From IMG/VR virus record IMGVR_UViG_3300035676_000016, positions 1-44,906 of that record: DNA of 44,906 bases; one strand, given 5' to 3'. The position numbers and the translations under genes are program-made. Of the stretch, positions 1 through 7,245 are shown in pieces. Within the stretch, counting starts at the first letter, position 1. The number at the start of each line of letters is the position of its first letter. The stretch is from a virus (Duplodnaviria; Caudoviricetes). The notes under the pieces are model-generated. The model ran no database searches. It was not told the DNA's origin and saw only the letters and a program-made list of their open reading frames with translations.

Positions 1-8
1 CTGGGTAT
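1..8. repeat. Terminal overlap (CTGGGTAT), identical to 44899-44906; contig circularises
   Basis: Same 8-mer at both ends; joining gives continuous reading ...DTGAGY|EVLWGRQG... of the primase. Confidence 0.85.
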
Positions 9-2027
9 GAGGTCCTGTGGGGGCGCCAGGGGCTTCTGTACGGGGCTTATCCGGGCTCCAGTGATGGGAAGGCGCCGGAGGGGCAATACGGCTTTGAGGG
101 CGATCTGGAGGCCATTCCAGAGGCTCCAGCGTGGTTGCTGGCGGAGATGCGCGAGCGCTGCGGGAAAGAGGTGGCTGATGGCGGCTTCATTAAGAACCGT
201 AAGGCGCTGGATTTTTCGGATCGAGATCCAGCTGAGGTGGCTGAGATTGTGCAGTCCGCATTGCGGGTGATTCCAGGGCAGGGGGCTGGCAGCCGGGACC
301 ACTGGGTGAAGGTGGGCATGGCGATCCACAGCGAACTGCCCACTGATTTGGGGTTGACGTTGTGGGCGGCGTGGTCGGCTGAGGATCCTGAATACGCCGA
401 GGAGTGGGCTGGTACCAACCCTTGTGAGGAGGTGTGGAAGAGTTTTAGGAAGGGGCCGGTGAGCCTTGGGACGCTGTTCTGGATGGCGGACCAGCAGATG
501 CCGGGTCGGGTGTGGTTGTCGGAGGATCTGCGCAAGATCGTTACCGAGGCTGAGCAGGACCGGGTGCAGCGGTTCCGTACCGTCGGTCTTTCGCACGAAG
601 AAATTGTCAAGCGGGCTGAGGCGGCCATGAAACTGCCCAACCCGTCTGAAGTGCAGCACAAGCTGCATGAAATTGCGCAGGAGGCTGGTTATCGCGATGC
701 AGCGGCTGTGGTGCGGCTGTTAATTGCGGATCAGGAGTTTCGCCGCGGTTCGCATGGAGGCTCTTTGCAAGAGATTTTTGCCACTGAAGAAACGCCGATT
801 GAGTACCTGATTCCAGAACTTTTGCCTAAGCCGGGGACTGTGTTGATGCACGGTCGTGGTGGTTGTGGCAAAACGATGGCCGTGTTGACGCTGGCTCAGC
901 ACATTGCCAGGGGGACGCCCTTTTCGGTTAGGGGACAGGAGGTTCCAGTTGAACAGGGCACGGTGCTTTGGTTGAACGGCGATCAGAACAGCCGGCGGAT
1001 CCGTAAGCAGTTTGAGGATTTGGATTTCACGGCAGACGATCCAGTGATCGTGCGGAACAAAGTTTCGATGCTCTGGTATCCGTGGTTTATCCAGCAGATC
1101 GAGGAGCATCGTCCCAAGCTCGTGGTCTGGGATTCGGTGACGGCCTGTATGCGGGGTTGTGCCTTTGACCAGAACAAGGCTGAGTACGCCGAGCCGATCT
1201 ACTGGTACAGCGCCGAGAACGGCGAGAGCTTCCCGGCAACCACCATCGTCTTCATCCACCACGCTTCCAAGAGTGGCGACTTCAGGGGCACCACAGCGCT
1301 CCAGGATGCCGTGGATGAGTCTTGGGGCATCCGACGCCCGGAGAAGGCCGAGCTGGAGCGTGTAGGGGCCTCTGCGCGGCTTATCACCATCGGGAAGAGC
1401 CGGGAGGGGAACGAGGGCAAGCAACTGATCCTGCGCCAGAAGGAAGACCTGACCTTCTCGCTGCAGGATCTGCCGCCGGCGGATGACACGGATACGGCGG
1501 GTCCGGCTTCGATCATTGACCGGGTGCTCCAGCGGCTGCGGACCAAGGGCGTGCCGATGACCAAGGCGGAGCTGAATGCGGACCCGCTACTGGGTGGAAG
1601 CGTCAGCGCCATTGCCAAGTCGCTCCAGCGGCTGACGGATCGGGGACTGGTGGTGGCTGAGGGGGATCGTTCCAGTAAGAGGTATTACGCAGTCCTCGCG
1701 CACAGGGGGGGAGGAGGTGTTAGCTGTCCCAAAGAGGAAAAATCCAGTGCTGGAGCGGGATCTGAGGAAATGGGTTGTCCCGTTTTGTCCGATTTTGTCC
1801 CAAGTTGTCCTAAACCCGCTTCTGGGACACCAAAAGGACAGGTTGGGACAAAACGGGACAAACCGGGACAGGTAAATTCGGCAGATGCGTTGCAGCGCAA
1901 CGACTCTCAGAGTTTGGGACAGCAGGACACCCCGATATTCACGCGAGGGGATTCCGCCTCAACCGAGGAGCGCAGCCCGGATGAGCTGGATCAGCTGATG
2001 CAGGAAGCTGCACGGATGTGGGATTAG
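9..2027 (+). CDS. DNA primase-helicase, C-terminal part (end of Prim-Pol, PriCT-2, RecA-like AAA_25 helicase, winged helix); continues from 44484-44906
   Basis: Frame open from position 9; PriCT-2-like WVKVGMAIH..W..WS; Walker A GRGGCGKT; Walker B LVVWDS; FIHHASKSG..RGTTAL; wHTH-like MTKAEL...SLQRLTDRGLV. Confidence 0.9.
   Translation, partial: EVLWGRQGLLYGAYPGSSDGKAPEGQYGFEGDLEAIPEAPAWLLAEMRERCGKEVADGGFIKNRKALDFSDRDPAEVAEIVQSALRVIPGQGAGSRDHWVKVGMAIHSELPTDLGLTLWAAWSAEDPEYAEEWAGTNPCEEVWKSFRKGPVSLGTLFWMADQQMPGRVWLSEDLRKIVTEAEQDRVQRFRTVGLSHEEIVKRAEAAMKLPNPSEVQHKLHEIAQEAGYRDAAAVVRLLIADQEFRRGSHGGSLQEIFATEETPIEYLIPELLPKPGTVLMHGRGGCGKTMAVLTLAQHIARGTPFSVRGQEVPVEQGTVLWLNGDQNSRRIRKQFEDLDFTADDPVIVRNKVSMLWYPWFIQQIEEHRPKLVVWDSVTACMRGCAFDQNKAEYAEPIYWYSAENGESFPATTIVFIHHASKSGDFRGTTALQDAVDESWGIRRPEKAELERVGASARLITIGKSREGNEGKQLILRQKEDLTFSLQDLPPADDTDTAGPASIIDRVLQRLRTKGVPMTKAELNADPLLGGSVSAIAKSLQRLTDRGLVVAEGDRSSKRYYAVLAHRGGGGVSCPKEEKSSAGAGSEEMGCPVLSDFVPSCPKPASGTPKGQVGTKRDKPGQVNSADALQRNDSQSLGQQDTPIFTRGDSASTEERSPDELDQLMQEAARMWD
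1725..1921. repeat. Symmetric iteron-like array (TGTCC x4 / GGACA x4, 10-bp phase), candidate replication origin
   Basis: TTGTCC at 1775, 1785, 1795, 1805; GGACA at 1836, 1846, 1856, 1866; outer TGTCCCAAA/TTTGGGACA; all mirrored about 1823. Confidence 0.7.
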
Positions 2028-2058
2028 TCGTATAGTGATGCGGTTCGTATGCCTTTTT

Positions 2059-2259
2059 ATGAACCGCATCACTTTTTCTTGCAATGACGTAACTGCGAAC
2101 GAGCTGGAGTGGCTCTCCAAGCGGACCATGCGAAAGGTCTCCAACCTTCTCGCTGTGTTGGTTGCTCACGAAGCACAGCGCCAGCTGGAAACACTGCCGG
2201 AGGCCGAACGCGCCGAGGTCTACGCCCAACTCACAGAGGTCAGAGTTACCGGTGTTTAA
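2059..2259 (+). CDS. Small ribbon-helix-helix-like DNA-binding protein
   Basis: MNRITFSCNDVTANELEWLSKRTMRKVSNLL shows a beta-alpha-alpha pattern; TATAGT -10 at 2031. Confidence 0.55.
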   Translation: MNRITFSCNDVTANELEWLSKRTMRKVSNLLAVLVAHEAQRQLETLPEAERAEVYAQLTEVRVTGV

Positions 2260-2587
2260 CGCGCCTAACTTTTTCCTAGGGCTTATGCGGGTTGCCGCAT
2301 GGCTGTTTTGGAGGGATCCCCCCGTGTCCAAGCCTCGTCCGAAAAAACCCCGTAGGCCGATGCTGGACTACAACGTCACCACCACGCCAGACCATCTCCT
2401 GGCTGTGGTGCGGATCTGCTGGTTCAAGCGCGGGAGGGCCTGCGAGGTCGAGGAGTACCAGATCGAGTGTGACGAGGATGCCGTGGATTCGTTCCACTAC
2501 CTAGTGGGGCAGGCGCTGCGGCATGGGGCGGACGTGTCAGTCATGACTGACCTCCAGCCCGAAATCCTTGGTGTCCCTGTAGACTAG
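2252..2587 (+). CDS. Hypothetical protein (start uncertain, GTG 2252 or 2324)
   Basis: Open frame overlapping the upstream stop, fills the gap in the operon. Confidence 0.6.
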   Translation: MFNAPNFFLGLMRVAAWLFWRDPPVSKPRPKKPRRPMLDYNVTTTPDHLLAVVRICWFKRGRACEVEEYQIECDEDAVDSFHYLVGQALRHGADVSVMTDLQPEILGVPVD

Positions 2588-2596
2588 TGTTACACT
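2588..2596 (+). promoter_or_regulatory. Extended -10 promoter (TGTTACACT)
   Basis: TGnTAnnnT 12 nt upstream of the AP2 gene GTG. Confidence 0.45.
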
Positions 2597-2608
2597 CGAC
2601 ATAAGTTC

Positions 2609-2875
2609 GTGGGGTACTTCAACTGCAGCGGCACCAAAGAGGCTTACTACCTGTCGATGGCCAACCGGCCCTTGCCAGCCAACAGCACCAGCCGCTATCG
2701 CGGTGTGTCACGCACCAACAGTGCGAACTTGCCGTGGCGAGCTGCCCTGGGTTACCGCGGCGCCCGCCATTACCTAGGGACCTTTGCCACCGAGCGCGAG
2801 GCGGCGCTGGCCTACAACGAGGCCGCCCTGCGGATTATTGGCGAACACGCTGTTATCAACGAAATCACCGAATGA
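2609..2875 (+). CDS. Stand-alone AP2-domain DNA-binding protein
   Basis: SRYRGVS..WRA...HYLGTFATEREAALAYNEAA is a canonical AP2 signature. Confidence 0.85.
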   Translation: MGYFNCSGTKEAYYLSMANRPLPANSTSRYRGVSRTNSANLPWRAALGYRGARHYLGTFATEREAALAYNEAALRIIGEHAVINEITE

Positions 2876-3501
2876 CTGACTACAAAGCAGCGCCCGAGAA
2901 CTGGGCGTTCTGGGAAAAGACTGGCTACGACGGCCCCGCCTATGACTGCATCCTCGAACTCCGCGCCAGGGTGGAGCAGCTAGAGGCTGCAGCTCACAAG
3001 CACATCATCGAAACCAGTTCCAACATTTTGGCCTTGGCCAGCCGGGTCGAGGTGCTGGAGGCTTTCCAACAGCAGCCTGAGCCGATTGACCAAGAGGAGA
3101 ACGACCGACGGTTTCATGCGTGCATGGACCTGATCAAGAACGCCACGCCGGAGCAAATCCGTGCGGCGGCAGGGTTGCCCGAGCGCCCAGCGTCAAAGGT
3201 CCACCAAATCAGCAAACCGCTGAAGTTAACACCGGATCAGGTGCAGCAAGCCCTTGACCAGTTGCGACCCAAGTCCAAGTCAACTCCTAATCCAAGCCAA
3301 ATTAGGAGTTCGCTGGTGAATCGGGTGGCCCTGGCCATTAGCGGCATTGAGTACGGCTTGGAACTGGACGAGGAAGCCGTCAACTGGAAACCCGAAGCCC
3401 GCGCCGCGATCCGCGAGGTGGCGGCGTGGATGACCAGCAACCCCGATGTTTACTTTCCACCTGCGCTTGTCTTTGCGCTTGAGCGGGAGGCTGAGCGATG
3501 A
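2872..3501 (+). CDS. Hypothetical mosaic protein with coiled coil
   Basis: ATGA overlap with AP2 gene; MTDYKAAPENW...CILELRARVEQLE; contains an in-frame hairpin. Confidence 0.75.
   Translation: MTDYKAAPENWAFWEKTGYDGPAYDCILELRARVEQLEAAAHKHIIETSSNILALASRVEVLEAFQQQPEPIDQEENDRRFHACMDLIKNATPEQIRAAAGLPERPASKVHQISKPLKLTPDQVQQALDQLRPKSKSTPNPSQIRSSLVNRVALAISGIEYGLELDEEAVNWKPEARAAIREVAAWMTSNPDVYFPPALVFALEREAER
3274..3311. repeat. In-frame inverted-repeat element, copy 1 (AACTCCTAAT-9nt-ATTAGGAGTT)
   Basis: Perfect 10-bp stem; second copy at 3782-3819. Confidence 0.85.
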
Positions 3502-3647
3502 GCACCTTCATTGCAATCCTCGCCTTCTCGATGCTGTTCCTGTTATTCGCCCTGGTCCTGACGGGCTTCGCCCTTAGCACGTTCAGCTTATGGCTGGACT
3601 TGAAGGACCAGCTCCAGGAGCGCCGCAAGCGGAGGCAAGGGCGATGA
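3498..3647 (+). CDS. Small membrane protein (49 aa)
   Basis: MSTFIAILAFSMLFLLFALVLTGFALSTFSLW followed by a basic tail; GGAGG RBS; ATGA overlaps at both ends. Confidence 0.7.
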   Translation: MSTFIAILAFSMLFLLFALVLTGFALSTFSLWLDLKDQLQERRKRRQGR

Positions 3648-4150
3648 CACACCCCATCACCCCACCGCCTCCGCACCTGCTCAAGAAGTTCTCGGAACAG
3701 GCGAGAGTCAGCAGCCAAAAACGTGGTACACCCAACTATCTAAAGACCTTTGCCACCCTTTGCATCGAGTGGGCGATGAACTCCAAGCCAACTCCTAATT
3801 CAATCCAAATTAGGAGTTCCGACATCACCCCACCGCCGGAGCTGGTGCAGCAGTGGTCAGCTGCTAGCCCTATTCAAAGCAACGACGAAAACTGGGCATA
3901 CGAGTTGTTCATTGCCCACCGCGCGGCCCAATGGGGCGCCGACCAGGAGCTGGAGGCGTGTTGTGAGTGGTTGGATGGTGTTGGCGATCTGACGCTGCAA
4001 CTCCGCGCCGCCCGCCGCCCCAAGCCGCCGAGCTTGAAGGAGCAGGCGCTGGAAGCCATTAAACAGATTCCAGTAGAACCCAATAGTGGTCCTTGGCGTA
4101 CCGCAATGGAAACTATTATCCGCGCCCTGGAGGCCCTGCCCAATGACTAA
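3644..4150 (+). CDS. Hypothetical protein, ITPPPEL/AQWGADQ/RPKPPSLKEQAL family (two fused modules)
   Basis: ATGA-coupled; paralogous to 4143-4517. Confidence 0.8.
   Translation: MTHPITPPPPHLLKKFSEQARVSSQKRGTPNYLKTFATLCIEWAMNSKPTPNSIQIRSSDITPPPELVQQWSAASPIQSNDENWAYELFIAHRAAQWGADQELEACCEWLDGVGDLTLQLRAARRPKPPSLKEQALEAIKQIPVEPNSGPWRTAMETIIRALEALPND
3782..3819. repeat. In-frame inverted-repeat element, copy 2
   Basis: AACTCCTAAT 3790-3799 / ATTAGGAGTT 3809-3818. Confidence 0.85.
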
Positions 4151-4517
4151 CCACCCCATCACCCCACCGCCTGAGCTAATGCAGCAGTGGATGACCGATT
4201 TTTATGGCACACCCGTTGTGCCTGGCGAGGCTTGCACTGATCTTGCCACCCGTGCCGCCCAATGGGGCGCCGACCAGCAACTTGCAGAGGATGCAAAGTG
4301 GCTGGATCACAATGCTCTAAATGAATCGCATCTGCGGATTATTCCAGTGGGTGAATTACTAAAAGAAGCAATGCGCCCCAAGCCGCCGAGCTTGAAGGAG
4401 CAGGCGTTACAAGCACTTTCTGAAGCCGTCAGAATGGCCGACGACGTTCCACCAGGGGGGATTTGCTCAGACCAAGCGGACATTATCCACCGCGCCCTGG
4501 AGCAACTTGATGGCTGA
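4143..4517 (+). CDS. Hypothetical protein, ITPPPEL/AQWGADQ/RPKPPSLKEQAL family
   Basis: MTNHPITPPPELMQQW; shares identical DNA blocks with the upstream gene. Confidence 0.8.
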   Translation: MTNHPITPPPELMQQWMTDFYGTPVVPGEACTDLATRAAQWGADQQLAEDAKWLDHNALNESHLRIIPVGELLKEAMRPKPPSLKEQALQALSEAVRMADDVPPGGICSDQADIIHRALEQLDG

Positions 4518-4602
4518 TGCACAAGATAAAGTAGATTCCTTGCTGTCCTTGATCTTTTTCTTTGGTTTTATTGTTGGCCTGTTTGTAGGTAGCATTCGAT
4601 GA
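4510..4602 (+). CDS. Hydrophobic micropeptide (30 aa)
   Basis: MADAQDKVDSLLSLIFFFGFIVGLFVGSIR; overlaps both neighbours; GGAG upstream. Confidence 0.5.
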   Translation: MADAQDKVDSLLSLIFFFGFIVGLFVGSIR

Positions 4603-4745
4603 CGAGATGGTTTTCTATCCGCAAAGCTGAGTTTGACAAGACATTCTTTGTCGGCTTTGGCTTTGGCGGAGACATTCCGAAGATTGAACTCGCTGTAATT
4701 GTCGTTATCGGACCTCGTGTAATCTGCCTCGGACCCCACAAATGA
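4599..4745 (+). CDS. Small hypothetical protein (48 aa)
   Basis: MTRWFSIRKAEFDK...; ATGA overlaps at both ends. Confidence 0.55.
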   Translation: MTRWFSIRKAEFDKTFFVGFGFGGDIPKIELAVIVVIGPRVICLGPHK

Positions 4746-4963
4746 CTGACCTCTCCCCCGCCGACTGGCGAGCACTGTGCGCTGAGCTTGTTGATTCCTT
4801 GGAAGAGTGGCTAAGTTGCAATTCTATTGGTGGTATTTCACTTGACGATGGCACAGATGCTGAATTGATTAACCGCGCCCGCGCCGCCCTGGCCCAGCCC
4901 GAGCCGCAAGGGCCGACGGGCCGCCCCGCCATCGAGCCGGTGCCACAGCAGGAGGCTGAGTGA
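4742..4963 (+). CDS. Hypothetical protein
   Basis: DWRALCAELVD...RARAALAQPEPQGPT; ATGA-coupled. Confidence 0.75.
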   Translation: MTDLSPADWRALCAELVDSLEEWLSCNSIGGISLDDGTDAELINRARAALAQPEPQGPTGRPAIEPVPQQEAE

Positions 4964-5250
4964 TGGCTGAGCTATCGAAAGAGGCGCAGGCGGTGCTGCG
5001 TGCCGATGCCGGAGCGCGATGTGTCTCTGAATGGGACTCTGTGAACGATCCTCCGTGCCATCCATCTGATAGCAACTGGAATGGTTGTTTCCATTGCGTC
5101 AACCGTTCCGCTGTTGCCGCCGTTCTCCGCGCTGCTGCGGATCAGGTGGTGCCGATCCCGCGCCTCCCCTATGACTCTTGTTGCGATGTTCACGCGGCAG
5201 CCATACGCGCCGAACTCCTCGCCATTGCCGCCGAGCTGGAGGATCAATGA
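4960..5250 (+). CDS. Hypothetical protein
   Basis: ELSKEAQAVL...AAVLRAAADQVVP...IRAELLAIAAELE; GGAGG RBS. Confidence 0.75.
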   Translation: MMAELSKEAQAVLRADAGARCVSEWDSVNDPPCHPSDSNWNGCFHCVNRSAVAAVLRAAADQVVPIPRLPYDSCCDVHAAAIRAELLAIAAELEDQ

Positions 5251-5336
5251 CAGTGCCCCTGCTGTTCGAGCTGCTGATCGTCTACGTCGTGGCGTGTTGC
5301 TTGGCGCTGTGGCTGGCGTCCAAGATCCTGCCGTAA
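5247..5336 (+). CDS. Hydrophobic micropeptide (29 aa, single TM)
   Basis: MTVPLLFELLIVYVVACCLALWLASKILP; GGAGG RBS, ATGA overlap. Confidence 0.6.
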   Translation: MTVPLLFELLIVYVVACCLALWLASKILP

Positions 5337-5337
5337 T

Positions 5338-5427
5338 GGGTTGTGGAGGTGGCGCCGGCTCTCGCGCCTGCACGCCTCACCGCAGCCTCCACACTGCGGA
5401 ATGCCCAGCGATTGAATCGTTGGACCC
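5338..5427. ncRNA. Candidate structured RNA (multi-stem, possible pseudoknot); family not recognised
   Basis: Five complementary pairings within 90 nt of intergenic sequence. Confidence 0.4.
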
Positions 5428-5448
5428 GAAGCTTAGCGGCTAGGGCCG

Positions 5449-5502
5449 TGTAACGGATTACAACAGGGCACGGTTGACGGGGGCTGTTTCTGTGCAACAC
5501 TA
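5449..5502 (+). promoter_or_regulatory. Promoter with upstream TGTAA-N4-TTACA palindrome, -35 TTGACG and TGTGC-AACACT -10-like element
   Basis: Motifs seen directly upstream of the 5550 ATG. Confidence 0.45.
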
Positions 5503-5549
5503 CAGGGCGAGGGCAGACAGCTCTCGCTCTGTTTCTGTTACACACGCCC

Positions 5550-5789
5550 ATGGCTACCCACACCAGCGTTCCAAACGAAAACCTATCCAAGTGGTATTTC
5601 GCCGTCACTTGGAGCCAACATCTGCTGCGCCAGGCGATTGTCGAGACTGAGGCTGCTGGACAGGATCCCGGCTACCACCTCGCACAACTTGCTCAGCTAG
5701 ACGACCTTGCCCAGTTCCTCAAGATGAGCTGGGACGTGTGGCTCGAACAGCTTGAGTGCCGTACTGCTGCTACAGAGGTGCATCAGTGA
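5550..5789 (+). CDS. Hypothetical protein
   Basis: ORF follows a promoter; GTGA overlap with the next gene. Confidence 0.75.
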   Translation: MATHTSVPNENLSKWYFAVTWSQHLLRQAIVETEAAGQDPGYHLAQLAQLDDLAQFLKMSWDVWLEQLECRTAATEVHQ

Positions 5790-6025
5790 GGCAGATTCTT
5801 GAAGTTATTGACCTGTCCTTTGGCGTCAACAACTGCCTCACCGTGGAGGCCTTGGTGGAGGAGATGGAGCTTGTGGCAGTCGCGCCCCACTGGGTGCCTG
5901 CCGTGTGCCGAGGCTCCTTCTACCTTTCTGATGAAGACGTGATTCCTGCTACCGATGCCGGCCTACGAAAAATGCTCTCCGAGCGAATCGACAACTGGCA
6001 ACCACTCCAGTCGCCTTATTGGTAG
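5786..6025 (+). CDS. Hypothetical protein
   Basis: GAGG RBS and GTG start overlapping the upstream stop. Confidence 0.7.
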   Translation: MRQILEVIDLSFGVNNCLTVEALVEEMELVAVAPHWVPAVCRGSFYLSDEDVIPATDAGLRKMLSERIDNWQPLQSPYW

Positions 6026-6281
6026 TGCCGAGTCTCGTGAGATTCGCAATGCGACTGATTATGACGACTGGTACTACGGCACCGAGCCCATTCCAGGCGA
6101 CACGCACTGGGTCAAAGCTCGGACTCTGACCCAGCTCTACCGGCACCTCATCTACGTCTTTGCCACCAGCGACAGTATTTGCTCCAGCAAACTGGCCGAG
6201 ATGGCAATGTGCGAAGTGCTCAAGCTGCCGCTTTCCCGCATCAATCTGCTCAAAAAGCAGGATCCCCGCTTCTTCGCGTAG
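5955..6281 (+). CDS. Hypothetical protein (start uncertain)
   Basis: Protein-like REIRNATDYDDWYYGTEPIPGDTHW; no clean start near 6020. Confidence 0.6.
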   Translation: MPAYEKCSPSESTTGNHSSRLIGSAESREIRNATDYDDWYYGTEPIPGDTHWVKARTLTQLYRHLIYVFATSDSICSSKLAEMAMCEVLKLPLSRINLLKKQDPRFFA

Positions 6282-6310
6282 TACATTAACAACCGTTCAC
6301 TCCTTAGAAC

Positions 6311-6739
6311 ATGCTCATCCTCTCTGACACACAAGCTCGGATCATCGCCGACAGCCTTAAGACCATCACGGAGCACCAGCAGGAGATCGCCACCATCCTG
6401 CACAACGCTCAGCACGTTGACCTGGAGGCCAGCAGCACCAAGCAAACCGCTGCCGCTCCAGCTGGTGAGCTGAAAGGTACGGCAAAAGTCCGTACTGCGA
6501 AGTCTCAAGTTAAGACTCGTAAGTCCAGCCGCAAGGGAAAGCGCGGGGTGGCTGTGCTGACTGAGGCGAAGGTGCTGGAGATCAAGCGGGCTTTGGCAGC
6601 GCGTACCCAGTCCGTCGCCAAGATTGCGGCGGAGTTTGGGGTGCATGTCACCACGATCAATTGCATCAAGTGGGGTAAGACCTGGAAGCATGTGCAGCTG
6701 TCCCAGGGCACGCCTTCCTCTGTGGAGATCACCGCTTGA
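6311..6739 (+). CDS. Helix-turn-helix DNA-binding protein
   Basis: C-terminal LTEAKVLEIK...VAKIAAEFGVHVTTINCIKWGKTWKHV, an HTH of the type found at the end of phage HNH nucleases. Confidence 0.8.
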   Translation: MLILSDTQARIIADSLKTITEHQQEIATILHNAQHVDLEASSTKQTAAAPAGELKGTAKVRTAKSQVKTRKSSRKGKRGVAVLTEAKVLEIKRALAARTQSVAKIAAEFGVHVTTINCIKWGKTWKHVQLSQGTPSSVEITA

Positions 6740-7245
6740 TTCTCCCGGATCTGGAGATCTGGACCCTGTGCAAACGGGGTCTTGTCTCGCCTTTCGACGA
6801 GGCGCTTGTGAATCCCGCGAGTCTCGATGTGAGACTTGGCGAGAATCTGCTGATTGAGGTGGAGGGCACCAGTGACATGGAGTCGGTGTCGCTTCGCGGC
6901 ACTGCTCCAGAGCAGCCCTTCCTACTCCAGCCGCACCAGTTCGTGCTGGCGGAAACGGTGGAGTTCTTCAAGGTGCCGGATTGCATAGCCGGACAGCTGG
7001 CGCTCAAGTCCTCTCGTGCCAGGGAGGGGATTGAGCACCTGATGGCTGGATACGTGGATCCGGGTTATGAAGGCAGGCTGACGCTGGAGCTGCAAAATGC
7101 CCGATCTCTGCATCCGGTTGCCCTATGGCACGGGATGCGGATTGGGCAGATTGTCTGGCACAAGATGTCGATGCTGCCGGCTAAGAGTTACGCGCTGACA
7201 GGCCGTTACTGCGGCGACACCAAAGTGCAGAGGTCTAAGGGATGA
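6736..7245 (+). CDS. dcd: dCTP deaminase
   Basis: NPASLDVRLG, KSSRAREG, AGYVDPGYEGRLTLEL, GMRIGQ motifs. Confidence 0.93.
   Translation: MILPDLEIWTLCKRGLVSPFDEALVNPASLDVRLGENLLIEVEGTSDMESVSLRGTAPEQPFLLQPHQFVLAETVEFFKVPDCIAGQLALKSSRAREGIEHLMAGYVDPGYEGRLTLELQNARSLHPVALWHGMRIGQIVWHKMSMLPAKSYALTGRYCGDTKVQRSKG

Noticed and set aside
3644-4517. Diversity-generating retroelement TR/VR pair
   Set aside because: No reverse transcriptase; differences are block replacements, not adenine-specific substitutions
5449-5462. NtcA binding site
   Set aside because: Spacing is GTA-N6-TAC rather than GTA-N8-TAC
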